Assembly (NCBI GenBank): GCA_002498725.1
Contig: DAIJ01000008.1
Coordinates: 5,598-69,597, forward strand
DNA: 64,000 nt
Direction of reading: 5' to 3'
Source: Euryarchaeota archaeon UBA23
GTDB lineage: Archaea; Thermoplasmatota; Poseidoniia; Poseidoniales; Thalassarchaeaceae
Of this stretch, positions 19,373 to 29,022 are shown in pieces. Below the pieces are notes generated by a model, which saw only the letters and a program-made list of their open reading frames with translations, searched no databases and had not been told where the DNA came from. A program made the position numbers and the translations under genes. Position 1 is the first letter of the stretch, and each line of letters starts with the position of its first letter.

Positions 19373-20362
19373 ATGGTGAAAATAGAAGTAATAGAAGAAC
19401 TTGACGAAAAGATGGTTTTGCTGCTAAAAGATACAGATCGCGCCTTTGCAAATGCATTGCGCCGATCACTCATGTCAGATACCCCAAAAATGTCAATAGA
19501 AACGGTTAGATTCCAGATGGGGTCTTTTGATCTTTGTATATCTTGTAGTCATCTGAATCCTGCTGCAGTTGCTCGTGAATCATCAGGAGGAAGTGGTTGT
19601 GACAATTGTGGCAAGAAACTAGAGAAAGAAGGAGTTGACTATACTGTGTGGGAAACAAATGGAGCACTTCCAGATGAAATGATCGCACAACGTCTTGCAA
19701 TGATACCAATACCTACTAATCATGAAGATTATTATTATGAAGAAACATGTCCTACTTGTAAAGATTTAGTTCCTGAAGATCGTGGATGTCCTGCGTGTAA
19801 TATGATTTACACCTGCAAAGCATTTGGTAGTGAAGAGGGGGTTACCGTTACTGCTGGAGACATGATATTCCTAGGTGATCAAAGCCTTGAGATTCCTGAA
19901 CACTATCGTAATATCCCAATTACTCGCCTTTTCAAAGGTCAAATGCTAGAGTTTTATGCTACCGCTGTAATGGGCACTGGAGATCAGCATGCAAAATGGT
20001 CTCCTGTAAATGGAGTTGCTTTTTCACCTCGAAAAGTTGGAGTAATTAACAATAAAACGAAGGCAAAGGTACTTTGGAACTTTAATCTAAGTGTAACTGC
20101 TAAAGATTTTGATAAGGATGGTCGTCTAGAAGATATTTCAAAAGTTAATGAGTTGATGATGGATCTAAATCATGTTGGAGATGGAACAGAAGAAAAGGTG
20201 GAATTCAAGCAAGCAATTACCCTAGAAGAAATACCTGGAGAATTCATCTTTTCTTTTGAAACCGATGGATCTATGAAGCCTCAGATAGCTCTCAAGAAGG
20301 CATCTGAGGTTCTTTCAAAAAGATTCAATTCGTTGAGCGAAGATCTTGCATCAGTTCTTTGA
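19373..20362 (+). CDS. rpoD: DNA-directed RNA polymerase subunit D (Rpo3) with Cys-rich ferredoxin-like insertion
   Basis: Archaeal gene order after S11. Two Cys clusters (CISCSH...CDNCGKK, CPTCK...CPACN) typical of 4Fe-4S-containing RpoD domain 3. GGTGAT SD before ATG 19373. The track start 19268 overlaps rps11. Confidence 0.8.
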   Translation: MVKIEVIEELDEKMVLLLKDTDRAFANALRRSLMSDTPKMSIETVRFQMGSFDLCISCSHLNPAAVARESSGGSGCDNCGKKLEKEGVDYTVWETNGALPDEMIAQRLAMIPIPTNHEDYYYEETCPTCKDLVPEDRGCPACNMIYTCKAFGSEEGVTVTAGDMIFLGDQSLEIPEHYRNIPITRLFKGQMLEFYATAVMGTGDQHAKWSPVNGVAFSPRKVGVINNKTKAKVLWNFNLSVTAKDFDKDGRLEDISKVNELMMDLNHVGDGTEEKVEFKQAITLEEIPGEFIFSFETDGSMKPQIALKKASEVLSKRFNSLSEDLASVL

Positions 20363-20407
20363 TTGTTGAGCCGTAGACTTCTTGCATAAGTGCAGAGATG
20401 ATATCCT

Positions 20408-21382
20408 ATGAATGCCGTTCTTGGGCGGGGTACATGCGGCGGGCACCTAACATTATTATTCACTGTAGAAGATTCTTCAGAAGATGACATGTTTCAGGGA
20501 AGTCTTGGGGCTGGGATCTGCTTGGAAGATGGGATTGAAGCTATAGCCAGAGGTAAAAAAGGAGATTTCGAATTAACTGTTGATTTCCTATCGGGTACAG
20601 GAAATCAAGAAATGTATCGCCAAATTTTAGACTTATTAGCCGAGGAAATTTCTGACTTCAAAGAATATACATGGGATATTGCAATCAAAATGAGACTTCC
20701 TGCTTCACATGGATTTGGAATGTCTGCTGCTGGTGCAATTTCCTCTTCAATCGCATTCCAGCGAGCACTTGGATTACCCCATGAAGAAAGTCTACGTAGA
20801 GCATATAGGAATGCACATCGAATTGAAAGAATTAATTCTACTGGACTTGGAGATGTGACGGCGCTTGCATATGGCGGTGTCGAGCTACGAGTGAAACCTG
20901 GATCTCCTTTTTCTGGAAAGAAACTAGAAACTGGTCCCGGTGTTGCTAAGAGTTGGAAGAAATCAGCAGATTTAGTCTTGGCTTGGCGTTCGAATCCTGG
21001 AAGACATACTTCTGAATATATTGACAATTCTGAATGGAAGTCACTGATATCAAAAGCAGGTAAAACGGAAATGGAAAAATTAACCAAAGGAGAATGGAAT
21101 TATTCTCGATGGAAGGATTTACTTGATTCTGCAACTCATTTTTCAAATAATTCCGGGCTTGCATCTGATGCTTCTAGAGCCAGATTGATGGAAAAAGCAA
21201 GAAAGGCAGTAAGTACTGTTGAATTTGCTAATGAGGTTTCAGTAATGTTTTGTATGCTTGGTGAAAGTGTTGTGATCTTACCTAATAAGTTAGATAGTAA
21301 TCTATCACTGGATAAATTACCATCTGAATTAGAAAAACAAGGATTGGAATCTACGATTACAAAAATTGGTAATCTAGTCTAA
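20408..21382 (+). CDS. GHMP-family kinase (archaeal COG1829-like; possibly pantoate kinase)
   Basis: GHMP motif II PASHGFGMSAAGAISSS. N-terminal GGHLTLLF resembles pantoate-kinase GH(I)(S/T)GFF. Specific substrate is not certain. Confidence 0.5.
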   Translation: MNAVLGRGTCGGHLTLLFTVEDSSEDDMFQGSLGAGICLEDGIEAIARGKKGDFELTVDFLSGTGNQEMYRQILDLLAEEISDFKEYTWDIAIKMRLPASHGFGMSAAGAISSSIAFQRALGLPHEESLRRAYRNAHRIERINSTGLGDVTALAYGGVELRVKPGSPFSGKKLETGPGVAKSWKKSADLVLAWRSNPGRHTSEYIDNSEWKSLISKAGKTEMEKLTKGEWNYSRWKDLLDSATHFSNNSGLASDASRARLMEKARKAVSTVEFANEVSVMFCMLGESVVILPNKLDSNLSLDKLPSELEKQGLESTITKIGNLV

Positions 21383-21394
21383 TTAATGACATTT

Positions 21395-22453
21395 TTACGA
21401 ATGATGGCCACCAGATCTTTTTTCATGAAATTCATCAAGTGGAGTTAGATCAAGAGGGCTAGCATCAAGAAGGATGGCTCCTTTAATTTTCAATGACTCC
21501 GTGAAGCCATGGCGATAAACAATTGCTCCTTGACCATATTCATTCACATATCTGTCAACTTGTTTCTGAGTTTTCTTTCTAGGGAATCGCAAATCGGCTC
21601 CAAAGAAATGCTTAGCATCTATCCAAGCACAAGGCACTCCATTGATTCTAACATCATCTAGTAGAAGAAGATCAGGAGTAACTATCGCTCGACCTTCCGA
21701 TTCTTTTTGTTCCTTGAGTAAATCATCCTGTTTACGGAACCTTATACCAAGATTCTCGAAGTATGAAAATAAAATTTCTTCGAATACTTCAGCGGCACTC
21801 TGAGTATCTGATTGATTAACTGAACTAACTTTATCTGCTTCCTCGGCTTTAGAAAATTCATTTTGATCCCTCTTATTCATTTTCTTAGGATCCTTAAGAG
21901 TCTCTTTAATTCTATTTTTTGACCAGCCACGACCTGTAAGTATTGCACGGAATGTGTTGACAGGGGGCGCGTCAAATCTTTGAGCTAGTGTGAGAACCCC
22001 TTCTCCTGCGTCATAGCGTCTTCTTAATTGATTAGAATTTCGCATCAAACGCCCATGAGAGTGAACGCTTTTCTCCTGGTTAAGTGCTCCACGAAGAGAC
22101 AATGCTTGCTCAATTGAAATTGGAAATTGGCTTATTTCATCTCTAATATCATCTACTCTTTCCTCTGGAAGAAAACCGAACTCTCCTGGTTTGATTACTA
22201 TCTCTCCTACTTTCTTCTGGATAGGTTTAGCGATGGCATTAGTTTGCCATTTCAAATCACTAATCTCAGGTGGTGGGTCGATGTCTTTCGGAATTCCCAT
22301 TGGTGGAGGATCTTGGTGGAAACGGCCTAGTGCGCGTTCCATGGCTTCTGGCTCACCGGTTGCCCATGGAATATGCTTGGCGCCATTGCCTGATTTTTGA
22401 CGCGGACGACGGCGTCTGCGACGATTGGAAGGCTCCTTCTCTTCACTCAACAA
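21395..22453 (-). CDS. CDIN1/C15orf41-like protein: poly-Arg N-terminus, HTH region, C-terminal PD-(D/E)xK nuclease-fold domain with TPD motif
   Basis: N-terminal NRRRRRRPRQK. Mid-region HTH-like LTLAQRFDAPPVNTFRAILTGRGW. C-terminal FEEILFSYFENLG ... RAIVTPDLLLLDD ... CAWIDAKHF fits the E-PD-DxK restriction-endonuclease-like core with a literal TPD motif. Confidence 0.5.
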   Translation of the reverse strand: MLSEEKEPSNRRRRRRPRQKSGNGAKHIPWATGEPEAMERALGRFHQDPPPMGIPKDIDPPPEISDLKWQTNAIAKPIQKKVGEIVIKPGEFGFLPEERVDDIRDEISQFPISIEQALSLRGALNQEKSVHSHGRLMRNSNQLRRRYDAGEGVLTLAQRFDAPPVNTFRAILTGRGWSKNRIKETLKDPKKMNKRDQNEFSKAEEADKVSSVNQSDTQSAAEVFEEILFSYFENLGIRFRKQDDLLKEQKESEGRAIVTPDLLLLDDVRINGVPCAWIDAKHFFGADLRFPRKKTQKQVDRYVNEYGQGAIVYRHGFTESLKIKGAILLDASPLDLTPLDEFHEKRSGGHHS

Positions 22454-22535
22454 TCAATCCGAACGACTGCTTGTCCATGAACTCTCGCAATCTTAATCGA
22501 CACTAATATCGGAGAATATTAAACTTGAAGGGGTC

Positions 22536-25403
22536 TTAAATAAATGCAATTCCAGGTTCTAATGGGAATGCTACTCTGGCCTTTCCACCAATGTCATCAC
22601 CATCTCCTACAGAGTACGATACTACGGAATCTACATCAAGAACTGAGGCTATGAAATGTGATGCTGAGTTAATTACTTCATTCTCATCAAAACCACTAAT
22701 CAACAACTGTTTCTCTCCTGGGTTCCAAGTATGAATTCTCCCTCTCTTTTTCTTAGATCCCGTTGTCATGGTCATCCAGGTTTGGAAAATTTCTCCCCGT
22801 AATTTCTCATTTTCAAATAATTCTAACGATTTTAGGTATTCTTGTCCTTGCTGCTTAAAGTCAAAACCTTCAGATTCTAACCGAACGGCCTCGCGGGCTA
22901 ATTTGATTTTCCAAGATGGTGATGTTTGTATCACGAGTTTAGATATTGATCCCTCTGAATGACGCTCGGCTAGACTTCGAAGATTTCTTGCTGATTCGAT
23001 TACTTCTCTAAGATAAGCTTCTAGAGACAAAACTTCGAGATCATTGTCATCTTCTAATTCAAATTCCATTTCATGAGTAGCCAACATAGTTTCTGATGAT
23101 TTGCTGCCGATCCCCAATAAAGACCAAAATTCCTCAGCAATGTGGGGCGTAGCTGGTGCTAACATAGGAGCCCATCCTGTCAGAAACCTCCTTGCAGTGG
23201 CTCTGTCAGAGCCTCCACGCCGAAGATACCACTGCCAGTCTGAAAGCATTTGAAAGTGGCTAACCATGACGCCTTCTCGGAGGCTTACTGAATCCATAGA
23301 ATCCCTCCAATGTCTTTGATTTAATCGCAATCGTGCAAGTAACCATGAATCTAGAGGCCCTGGAGAATCTGCAAGTTTAATTCCATAGTCGAATGCATCA
23401 ATAATTGAACATAATTGCTTATGATTAGAAATAACTGCATTGTCTGACCAATCCATTCCTGCCTCTGGATTAGCACCGAATAAAATGAACAATCTAACGG
23501 TATCCGCTCCATATCGATCGACCATTTCTCCAGGACTTACGGTATTACCCAAACTCTTGCTCATCTTTGCTGAACGTGAACCAAGATCAGCTTGACAATT
23601 AGGACAAGTTCCTCCAAAGTTATCAACATGATACTCTGTATTACATTCAGAACAGAATGGGGCTGGAGCATTAAGCATACCTTGACAGACCAAACGGCCA
23701 AATGGCTCTCCAATCTCATTCATTCCAAGATCTCGAGTGGCTTTTGTGAAAAAACGAGCATAAAGAAGATGCATTACTGCATGTTCAATGCCTCCGATAT
23801 ACAAATCTACACCGCCCTTAAGCCAATAATCAACTTTATTTCTATTGAATGGCTCTTCTTTATTTGTTGAATCTGCAAACCTCATGAAGTACCATGAGGA
23901 GTCATAGAATGTATCCATAGTGTCAGTTTCGCGGTGGGCTGGACCATTACATTGAGGGCAATTTGTTGAGAGGAAATCATCATGACCAGCAAGTGGATTA
24001 CCACTTTCATCCCAACTAAAAGTAACATCAAGTGGTAATTCTACTGGGAGGTCATCGTAAGGAACGGGAACTACTCCGCATGATTCACAATGAAGCATAG
24101 GAATTGGAGTTCCCCAGAAGCGCTGACGACTCAAAAGCCAATCTTTTAGTCTATATTGTACCGTTCCTTTACCCTTTTTATCAGATTCAAGTGCTGCTAT
24201 GACCGCAGCCTTAGCCTCATTTCCAAATAATCCGTCAAATTTTGAGTTAGCGGAATTAACCATCCATCCTAAGCCATCAAAAACGGGGTTCTCTTCATTT
24301 GCAATACCGCCTTCTTCTCTGGATAGTACTTGCTTTATCTCCAATCCATACTTCTTGGCAAAATCATAATCTCTTTGATCATGACCGGGAACTCCCATAA
24401 CTGCCCCAGTTCCATAAGAGGCCACAACAAAGTTACCTACCCATATTGGAATTTCTAAGCCTGTTAATGGATTAATTACTGATCTACCAAGAGGGGTTCC
24501 CTTTTTTTCCTTCAATAAATTGATCCTCTCAAACTCAGACATTCGAGAACATTCATCTCTTAAATCACGCCAACCTTTTTCATATTCTGTTCCCGAAACC
24601 AATTCTTCACAAAGAGGATGTTCCGGAGATAATGTAACAAAGGTAACTCCAAAAATTGTATCGGGTCTTGTTGTGAAAGCGCCTATTACTAAATCAGAAT
24701 TAGAAACTTGAAAATCGATGTGTGCACCATTAGAGCGGCCTATCCAATTGCGTTGCATCGATTTAACATTCTCTGGAAAATCAATGTGGTCTAATTCATC
24801 AAGTAATTCATCTGCATACTTAGTCATACAAAGAAACCACTGTGCCATGTCTTTCTGTATAACTTCAAGACCACATCGCCAGCAACGATTATTCTTTACT
24901 TGTTCGTTTGCTAGAACTGTATCACAATCATCACACCAATTAACTGGTGCAAAACGACGTTCTACCAATCCTGCCTCTCTAAATTTTAGAAACATCTCTT
25001 GGTTCCAATGATAATATTCAGGCGTAGATGTCGCAAACATTCTTCTCCAATCGTATGAATATCCCATTCTTTCTTGATCTGTACGTATCATTGCAATATT
25101 GCGTTCAGTAACCGTATGAGGGTGCCCTCCCTCCTTCTTAGCAGCATTTTCAGCTGGCATACCAAAGGAGTCATACCCCATTGGATACAGTACATTCTTG
25201 CCCATCAGTCTTTGGAACCTTGCCATAGCATCTCCGATTGAATAATTACGAACGTGTCCCATATGCATATATCCTGAAGGATAAGGAAACATTTCTAGAC
25301 AGTAGAATTTTTCTCGCGACTCATCTATATCGGTATGATTGACTTTTTCCGCGTTCCAACGAGCCTGCCAATGAGTCTCTATTTTTTGCGAATCGTAAAC
25401 CAT
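22536..25403 (-). CDS. leuS: Leucyl-tRNA synthetase, bacterial type
   Basis: HMGH (PYPSGYMHMGHVRNYSIGD), DSFGMPAEN, CP1 editing domain, KMSKS. Close to E. coli/T. thermophilus LeuRS, not the archaeal/eukaryal type. Extra Cys clusters (CPQCN, CSECN...CPNC) before KMSKS. Start is ATG 25403 (SD-like GGGGTGA upstream) or GTG 25412. Confidence 0.9.
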   Translation of the reverse strand: MVYDSQKIETHWQARWNAEKVNHTDIDESREKFYCLEMFPYPSGYMHMGHVRNYSIGDAMARFQRLMGKNVLYPMGYDSFGMPAENAAKKEGGHPHTVTERNIAMIRTDQERMGYSYDWRRMFATSTPEYYHWNQEMFLKFREAGLVERRFAPVNWCDDCDTVLANEQVKNNRCWRCGLEVIQKDMAQWFLCMTKYADELLDELDHIDFPENVKSMQRNWIGRSNGAHIDFQVSNSDLVIGAFTTRPDTIFGVTFVTLSPEHPLCEELVSGTEYEKGWRDLRDECSRMSEFERINLLKEKKGTPLGRSVINPLTGLEIPIWVGNFVVASYGTGAVMGVPGHDQRDYDFAKKYGLEIKQVLSREEGGIANEENPVFDGLGWMVNSANSKFDGLFGNEAKAAVIAALESDKKGKGTVQYRLKDWLLSRQRFWGTPIPMLHCESCGVVPVPYDDLPVELPLDVTFSWDESGNPLAGHDDFLSTNCPQCNGPAHRETDTMDTFYDSSWYFMRFADSTNKEEPFNRNKVDYWLKGGVDLYIGGIEHAVMHLLYARFFTKATRDLGMNEIGEPFGRLVCQGMLNAPAPFCSECNTEYHVDNFGGTCPNCQADLGSRSAKMSKSLGNTVSPGEMVDRYGADTVRLFILFGANPEAGMDWSDNAVISNHKQLCSIIDAFDYGIKLADSPGPLDSWLLARLRLNQRHWRDSMDSVSLREGVMVSHFQMLSDWQWYLRRGGSDRATARRFLTGWAPMLAPATPHIAEEFWSLLGIGSKSSETMLATHEMEFELEDDNDLEVLSLEAYLREVIESARNLRSLAERHSEGSISKLVIQTSPSWKIKLAREAVRLESEGFDFKQQGQEYLKSLELFENEKLRGEIFQTWMTMTTGSKKKRGRIHTWNPGEKQLLISGFDENEVINSASHFIASVLDVDSVVSYSVGDGDDIGGKARVAFPLEPGIAFI

Positions 25404-25426
25404 ATTCTTCACCCCAATACGAAAAT

Positions 25427-25446
25427 GGGAGCCCTCTCAGGCTCCC
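25427..25446 (-). promoter_or_regulatory. Leader hairpin (7-bp perfect stem GGGAGCC/GGCTCCC) followed by U4 in the leuS 5' UTR
   Basis: On the leuS strand: CAGGGAGCCugagaGGGCUCCCAUUUUCG, about 15 nt upstream of the SD/start. The upstream gene is divergent, so this is not that gene's terminator. Confidence 0.25.
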
Positions 25447-25572
25447 TGACTAAGCAGTAGACCAAGCAAGAGGCCCACCATACGGGAATGTGAAGCAGGC
25501 ATTCGTGCCATGACCTCCGACTTGGGGACTACAATTTGAAGGCTGCTCTGTGATATTTGTTCCACCACACCT

Positions 25573-26301
25573 ATGGGCAACATCATGGCCGTAACAAATA
25601 TGCTTGAAGATGGCGAGTTCGATGTCCAAGTCTGGGATGATGGTATTGAAGTGTGGATAACACAAATGGGATCTTTGATGAATATGAATACTGCATTCGT
25701 TGACAGGGAAAATGGAATAGTTGCAATAATCGACCCTTTCGATGGCAAAAGATGGACTCAGGCATTAGAAAAAGAAGGATTAGTCCCTACTCATCTTCTT
25801 TACACGCACACTCACAGAGATCATGCAGCAGGATATCCTGGTATGATGAAAAGATTCCCAGACCTAGAGGTCTGGGGGCATGAAGAGGCAAGGGTTCCCA
25901 ATCTACTTGCTCATGTTGTATTTCGAAAAATAGACTTTACAGATACATGGGATTGTAAACCTGATGAGTCAGTTGAATGGTCAGCAGGCAATATTAAACT
26001 TACAGTTACGCATTCGCCGGGACATGCACCAGGGCATGTGACATTTCATGGACATGGTGTATATCATGCAGGAGACTTACTTTTTGTTAAAAGTGCAGGA
26101 AGAGTAGATTTACCCGGAGGAGATCCTCCGGCCCAACAAAGGAGCCTAATTAATGCAAAAAAAATACTCAGTGAACTACCTCCTGATTGGAGACTAATTC
26201 CTGGTCATAGATATGACCCGTACAATAATGAAATACCGGATTGGATTAGCCTTGGAGAAGTTCTTGTGTACAATTATTTCTTAGCTCATATTACTGAATA
26301 A
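25573..26301 (+). CDS. MBL-fold metallo-hydrolase (glyoxalase II / hydroxyacylglutathione hydrolase-like)
   Basis: HxHxDH motif THTHRDHAAG plus downstream His/Asp ligands (HSPGHAPGH, HAGD). Confidence 0.7.
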   Translation: MGNIMAVTNMLEDGEFDVQVWDDGIEVWITQMGSLMNMNTAFVDRENGIVAIIDPFDGKRWTQALEKEGLVPTHLLYTHTHRDHAAGYPGMMKRFPDLEVWGHEEARVPNLLAHVVFRKIDFTDTWDCKPDESVEWSAGNIKLTVTHSPGHAPGHVTFHGHGVYHAGDLLFVKSAGRVDLPGGDPPAQQRSLINAKKILSELPPDWRLIPGHRYDPYNNEIPDWISLGEVLVYNYFLAHITE

Positions 26302-26304
26302 TAA

Positions 26305-28959
26305 TTACATTGTCTTATCATAACGATCGAAGATTATTCCTAATTCTTTTGTTGCTTTTACTGTTGTCCCATCTGGCATTTTTCCATCTTGTTCTAGAGC
26401 CGAAAGAGCAGCCACAACTATACTTGCTGTATCTATCTCAAAGAATCTTCTTAGAGCATCTCTTGTATCCGATCTTCCGAATCCGTCAGTACCAAGTACA
26501 ACATAACGACCGCCCACCCAACGTTGAATCATTTCCGGAATTGCAGCAATATAATCACTAGCAGCAATAGTAGTTGTTTCATCTCCAAAGCAATGACTTA
26601 CGTAAGCAATTTTAGGATCCTGTGGATTAAGGCGAGTAGCCCTCTCTGCTTCTAAACCAGCACGACGTAGTTCCCCGTAGGATGGTACAGACCAAATCTC
26701 TGCGCGTATACCACGATTTTCCAGTTCTTCAGCGGCTTCTAAAACATGAGAAAGTATCGGGCCTGATCCTAGTAATCTTATCATTGGCTCTTTTCCAGAC
26801 TTTGCTTTTTTCAATAAGTAAGCGCCCTGTATTAATCCCTCTTCACAGCCTTCTGGTTTTGGAGGTTGTTGCTCATTTTGATTGTAAAGCATAACATAGT
26901 GAAAAACGTCTTTATTTTGATTCCACATCTCATCAATTCCATGCTTGATAATAGTCGCTAATTCATATGCATATGAAGGGTCCCAAGCACGACAGTAAGG
27001 TACTGTGCTAGCATGTAATAATGAATGGCCATCCTGATGCTGTAATCCTTCACCATTCAATGTGGTTCGGCCTGCAGTTGCGCCCATCAAAAAGCCACGA
27101 GCACGCGCATCAGAAGCCTGCCATATCTGATCATTTACTCTTTGGAAACCAAACATAGAATAGAAAATATAGAATGGCAATGTTGGAGTTCCTGAATGAG
27201 AATATGAAGTTGCACTCGCAATCCAAGAAGCAATTGAATTAGCCTCTGAAATTCCCTCTTGGAGAACCTGTCCGGATTTTGATTCCTTATATTTCATAAG
27301 CATTTTATGATCTACTGGCTTGTAAAGTTGACCAAAAGAAGAATAAATACCAAACTCGGAAAATAGTGGGTCCATACCAAAAGTTCGTCCTTCATCAGGA
27401 ATTATTGGTACAATTCTATCTCCTATTTCTGACTTCATCAAACCCCTAAGTAGGCGAACAAATGCCATCGTAGTAGATACTTGCTGACCCTCAGGAGTTC
27501 CCGCATCAAATGATGCATATGTTTCTAACTTGGGGAGTTTATTGGTTATTTTTGGAGAACGTCTCTCTGGAAGATAACCACCCAATGAAATTCGTCTGGA
27601 GTGTAAATATTGCAATGCCTCTGAGTCTTCATCTAAATTATAGAAAGGATCTTCTTCAAGTTTAGAGTCGTCTACGGGTATCTCAAGTCTATCTCTATAA
27701 GAAATTAAATCTTCTAAACTCATTTTCTTCTTCTGATGAGTCGTGTTTCTCGCCTCAAATGTGTCAATACCCCAACCTTTCACTGTGTGAGCTAGAATCG
27801 CTACTGGTTTATCCGAATGTTTAGCAGCATTGTATGCTGCCCACACCTTAATTGGATCATGCCCACCACGGCGTAATTTAGAGAGTTCTTCGTCTGTAAT
27901 TCCAGCAGACATTGCTTCTAGTGATGAATGTCCTGAGAAAAGTTCCTCTCTGAAATCTGATACACTTAGAGTACTCATTCTCTGAAAATCTCCATCTGTT
28001 ATTGCTTCTAGACGATTGAGTAATGCACCATCATAATCACTAGCAAATAATCTATCCCAATTTGAATCCCATAGCACCTTGAATACATCCCATCCGGCTC
28101 CCCTGTAGAGGCCTTCAAGTTCTTGGATTATCTTTGAGTTACCTCTTACTGGACCATCCAGTCTTTGTAGATTGCAATTTACTATAGTAATTAGATTATC
28201 TAATTTCTCTCGACCGGCTACTGCGATTGCAGCAATAGCCTCTGGTTCATCCATTTCTCCATCACCCAGAAATGCAAATATCGTTGATTCGGAGGTATCA
28301 ACTAATCCCCTATTATGAATATATTTCCAAAAACGAGCATGCATTACAGCAGATAGTGGCCCAAGTCCCATTGAAACTGTTGGATACTCCCAAAATTCTG
28401 GCATCAATCGAGGATGTGGATATGAAGAAAGTCCATCGCTGAAAGCCTCTTGGCGAAAATTAGTTAATTGTTCTCTATTAAGGCGCCCTTCCAGAAATGC
28501 TCTAGCATAGATCCCCGGACTGCCATGTCCCTGTATGTACAAAGCATCGCCTATCCCATTGCTATCTTTTCCTCTAAATATATGATTAAAACCTACTTCA
28601 TATAGTGTTGAAGATGAGGCATAAGTAGAGATGTGCCCTCCAATCCCATCTATTCTTCTATTTGCATCCGAGACCATTAAAGCAGAATTCCAAAGGATTG
28701 AGTTCTGAATCTCCTTCTCAAGTTTAACATCCCCTGGATAAGGTTCCTGATGATCCCATGATATTGAGTTCACATATGGAGTTCTAGATAAAGAAGAAAT
28801 CTGAATATTAAGGTCATTAGATTCCGAAAGAAGCTCGTGTAATAGCAATCGAGCTCGTTCTATACCCTGAGAGTCTACGACGTCGCGTAATGCTTCAATC
28901 CACTCATCAGTTTCCTCTGGATCTATATCCGGAAGTCGTTGTCGGTGGTTAACGGACAT
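26305..28959 (-). CDS. aceE: Pyruvate dehydrogenase E1 component, homodimeric AceE type (ThDP-dependent)
   Basis: Full-length similarity to E. coli AceE (LPDIDPEETDEWIEALRDV...ERARLL N-terminus; about 885 aa). Start set at ATG 28959 (MSVNHRQ); the track ORF extends to 29022. Confidence 0.85.
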   Translation of the reverse strand: MSVNHRQRLPDIDPEETDEWIEALRDVVDSQGIERARLLLHELLSESNDLNIQISSLSRTPYVNSISWDHQEPYPGDVKLEKEIQNSILWNSALMVSDANRRIDGIGGHISTYASSSTLYEVGFNHIFRGKDSNGIGDALYIQGHGSPGIYARAFLEGRLNREQLTNFRQEAFSDGLSSYPHPRLMPEFWEYPTVSMGLGPLSAVMHARFWKYIHNRGLVDTSESTIFAFLGDGEMDEPEAIAAIAVAGREKLDNLITIVNCNLQRLDGPVRGNSKIIQELEGLYRGAGWDVFKVLWDSNWDRLFASDYDGALLNRLEAITDGDFQRMSTLSVSDFREELFSGHSSLEAMSAGITDEELSKLRRGGHDPIKVWAAYNAAKHSDKPVAILAHTVKGWGIDTFEARNTTHQKKKMSLEDLISYRDRLEIPVDDSKLEEDPFYNLDEDSEALQYLHSRRISLGGYLPERRSPKITNKLPKLETYASFDAGTPEGQQVSTTMAFVRLLRGLMKSEIGDRIVPIIPDEGRTFGMDPLFSEFGIYSSFGQLYKPVDHKMLMKYKESKSGQVLQEGISEANSIASWIASATSYSHSGTPTLPFYIFYSMFGFQRVNDQIWQASDARARGFLMGATAGRTTLNGEGLQHQDGHSLLHASTVPYCRAWDPSYAYELATIIKHGIDEMWNQNKDVFHYVMLYNQNEQQPPKPEGCEEGLIQGAYLLKKAKSGKEPMIRLLGSGPILSHVLEAAEELENRGIRAEIWSVPSYGELRRAGLEAERATRLNPQDPKIAYVSHCFGDETTTIAASDYIAAIPEMIQRWVGGRYVVLGTDGFGRSDTRDALRRFFEIDTASIVVAALSALEQDGKMPDGTTVKATKELGIIFDRYDKTM

Positions 28960-29022
28960 GGGAACACCTGCCCTATGGGCAGGTATCCGAATCGATCGAC
29001 TGATTTCAATGATCGCAATCAA

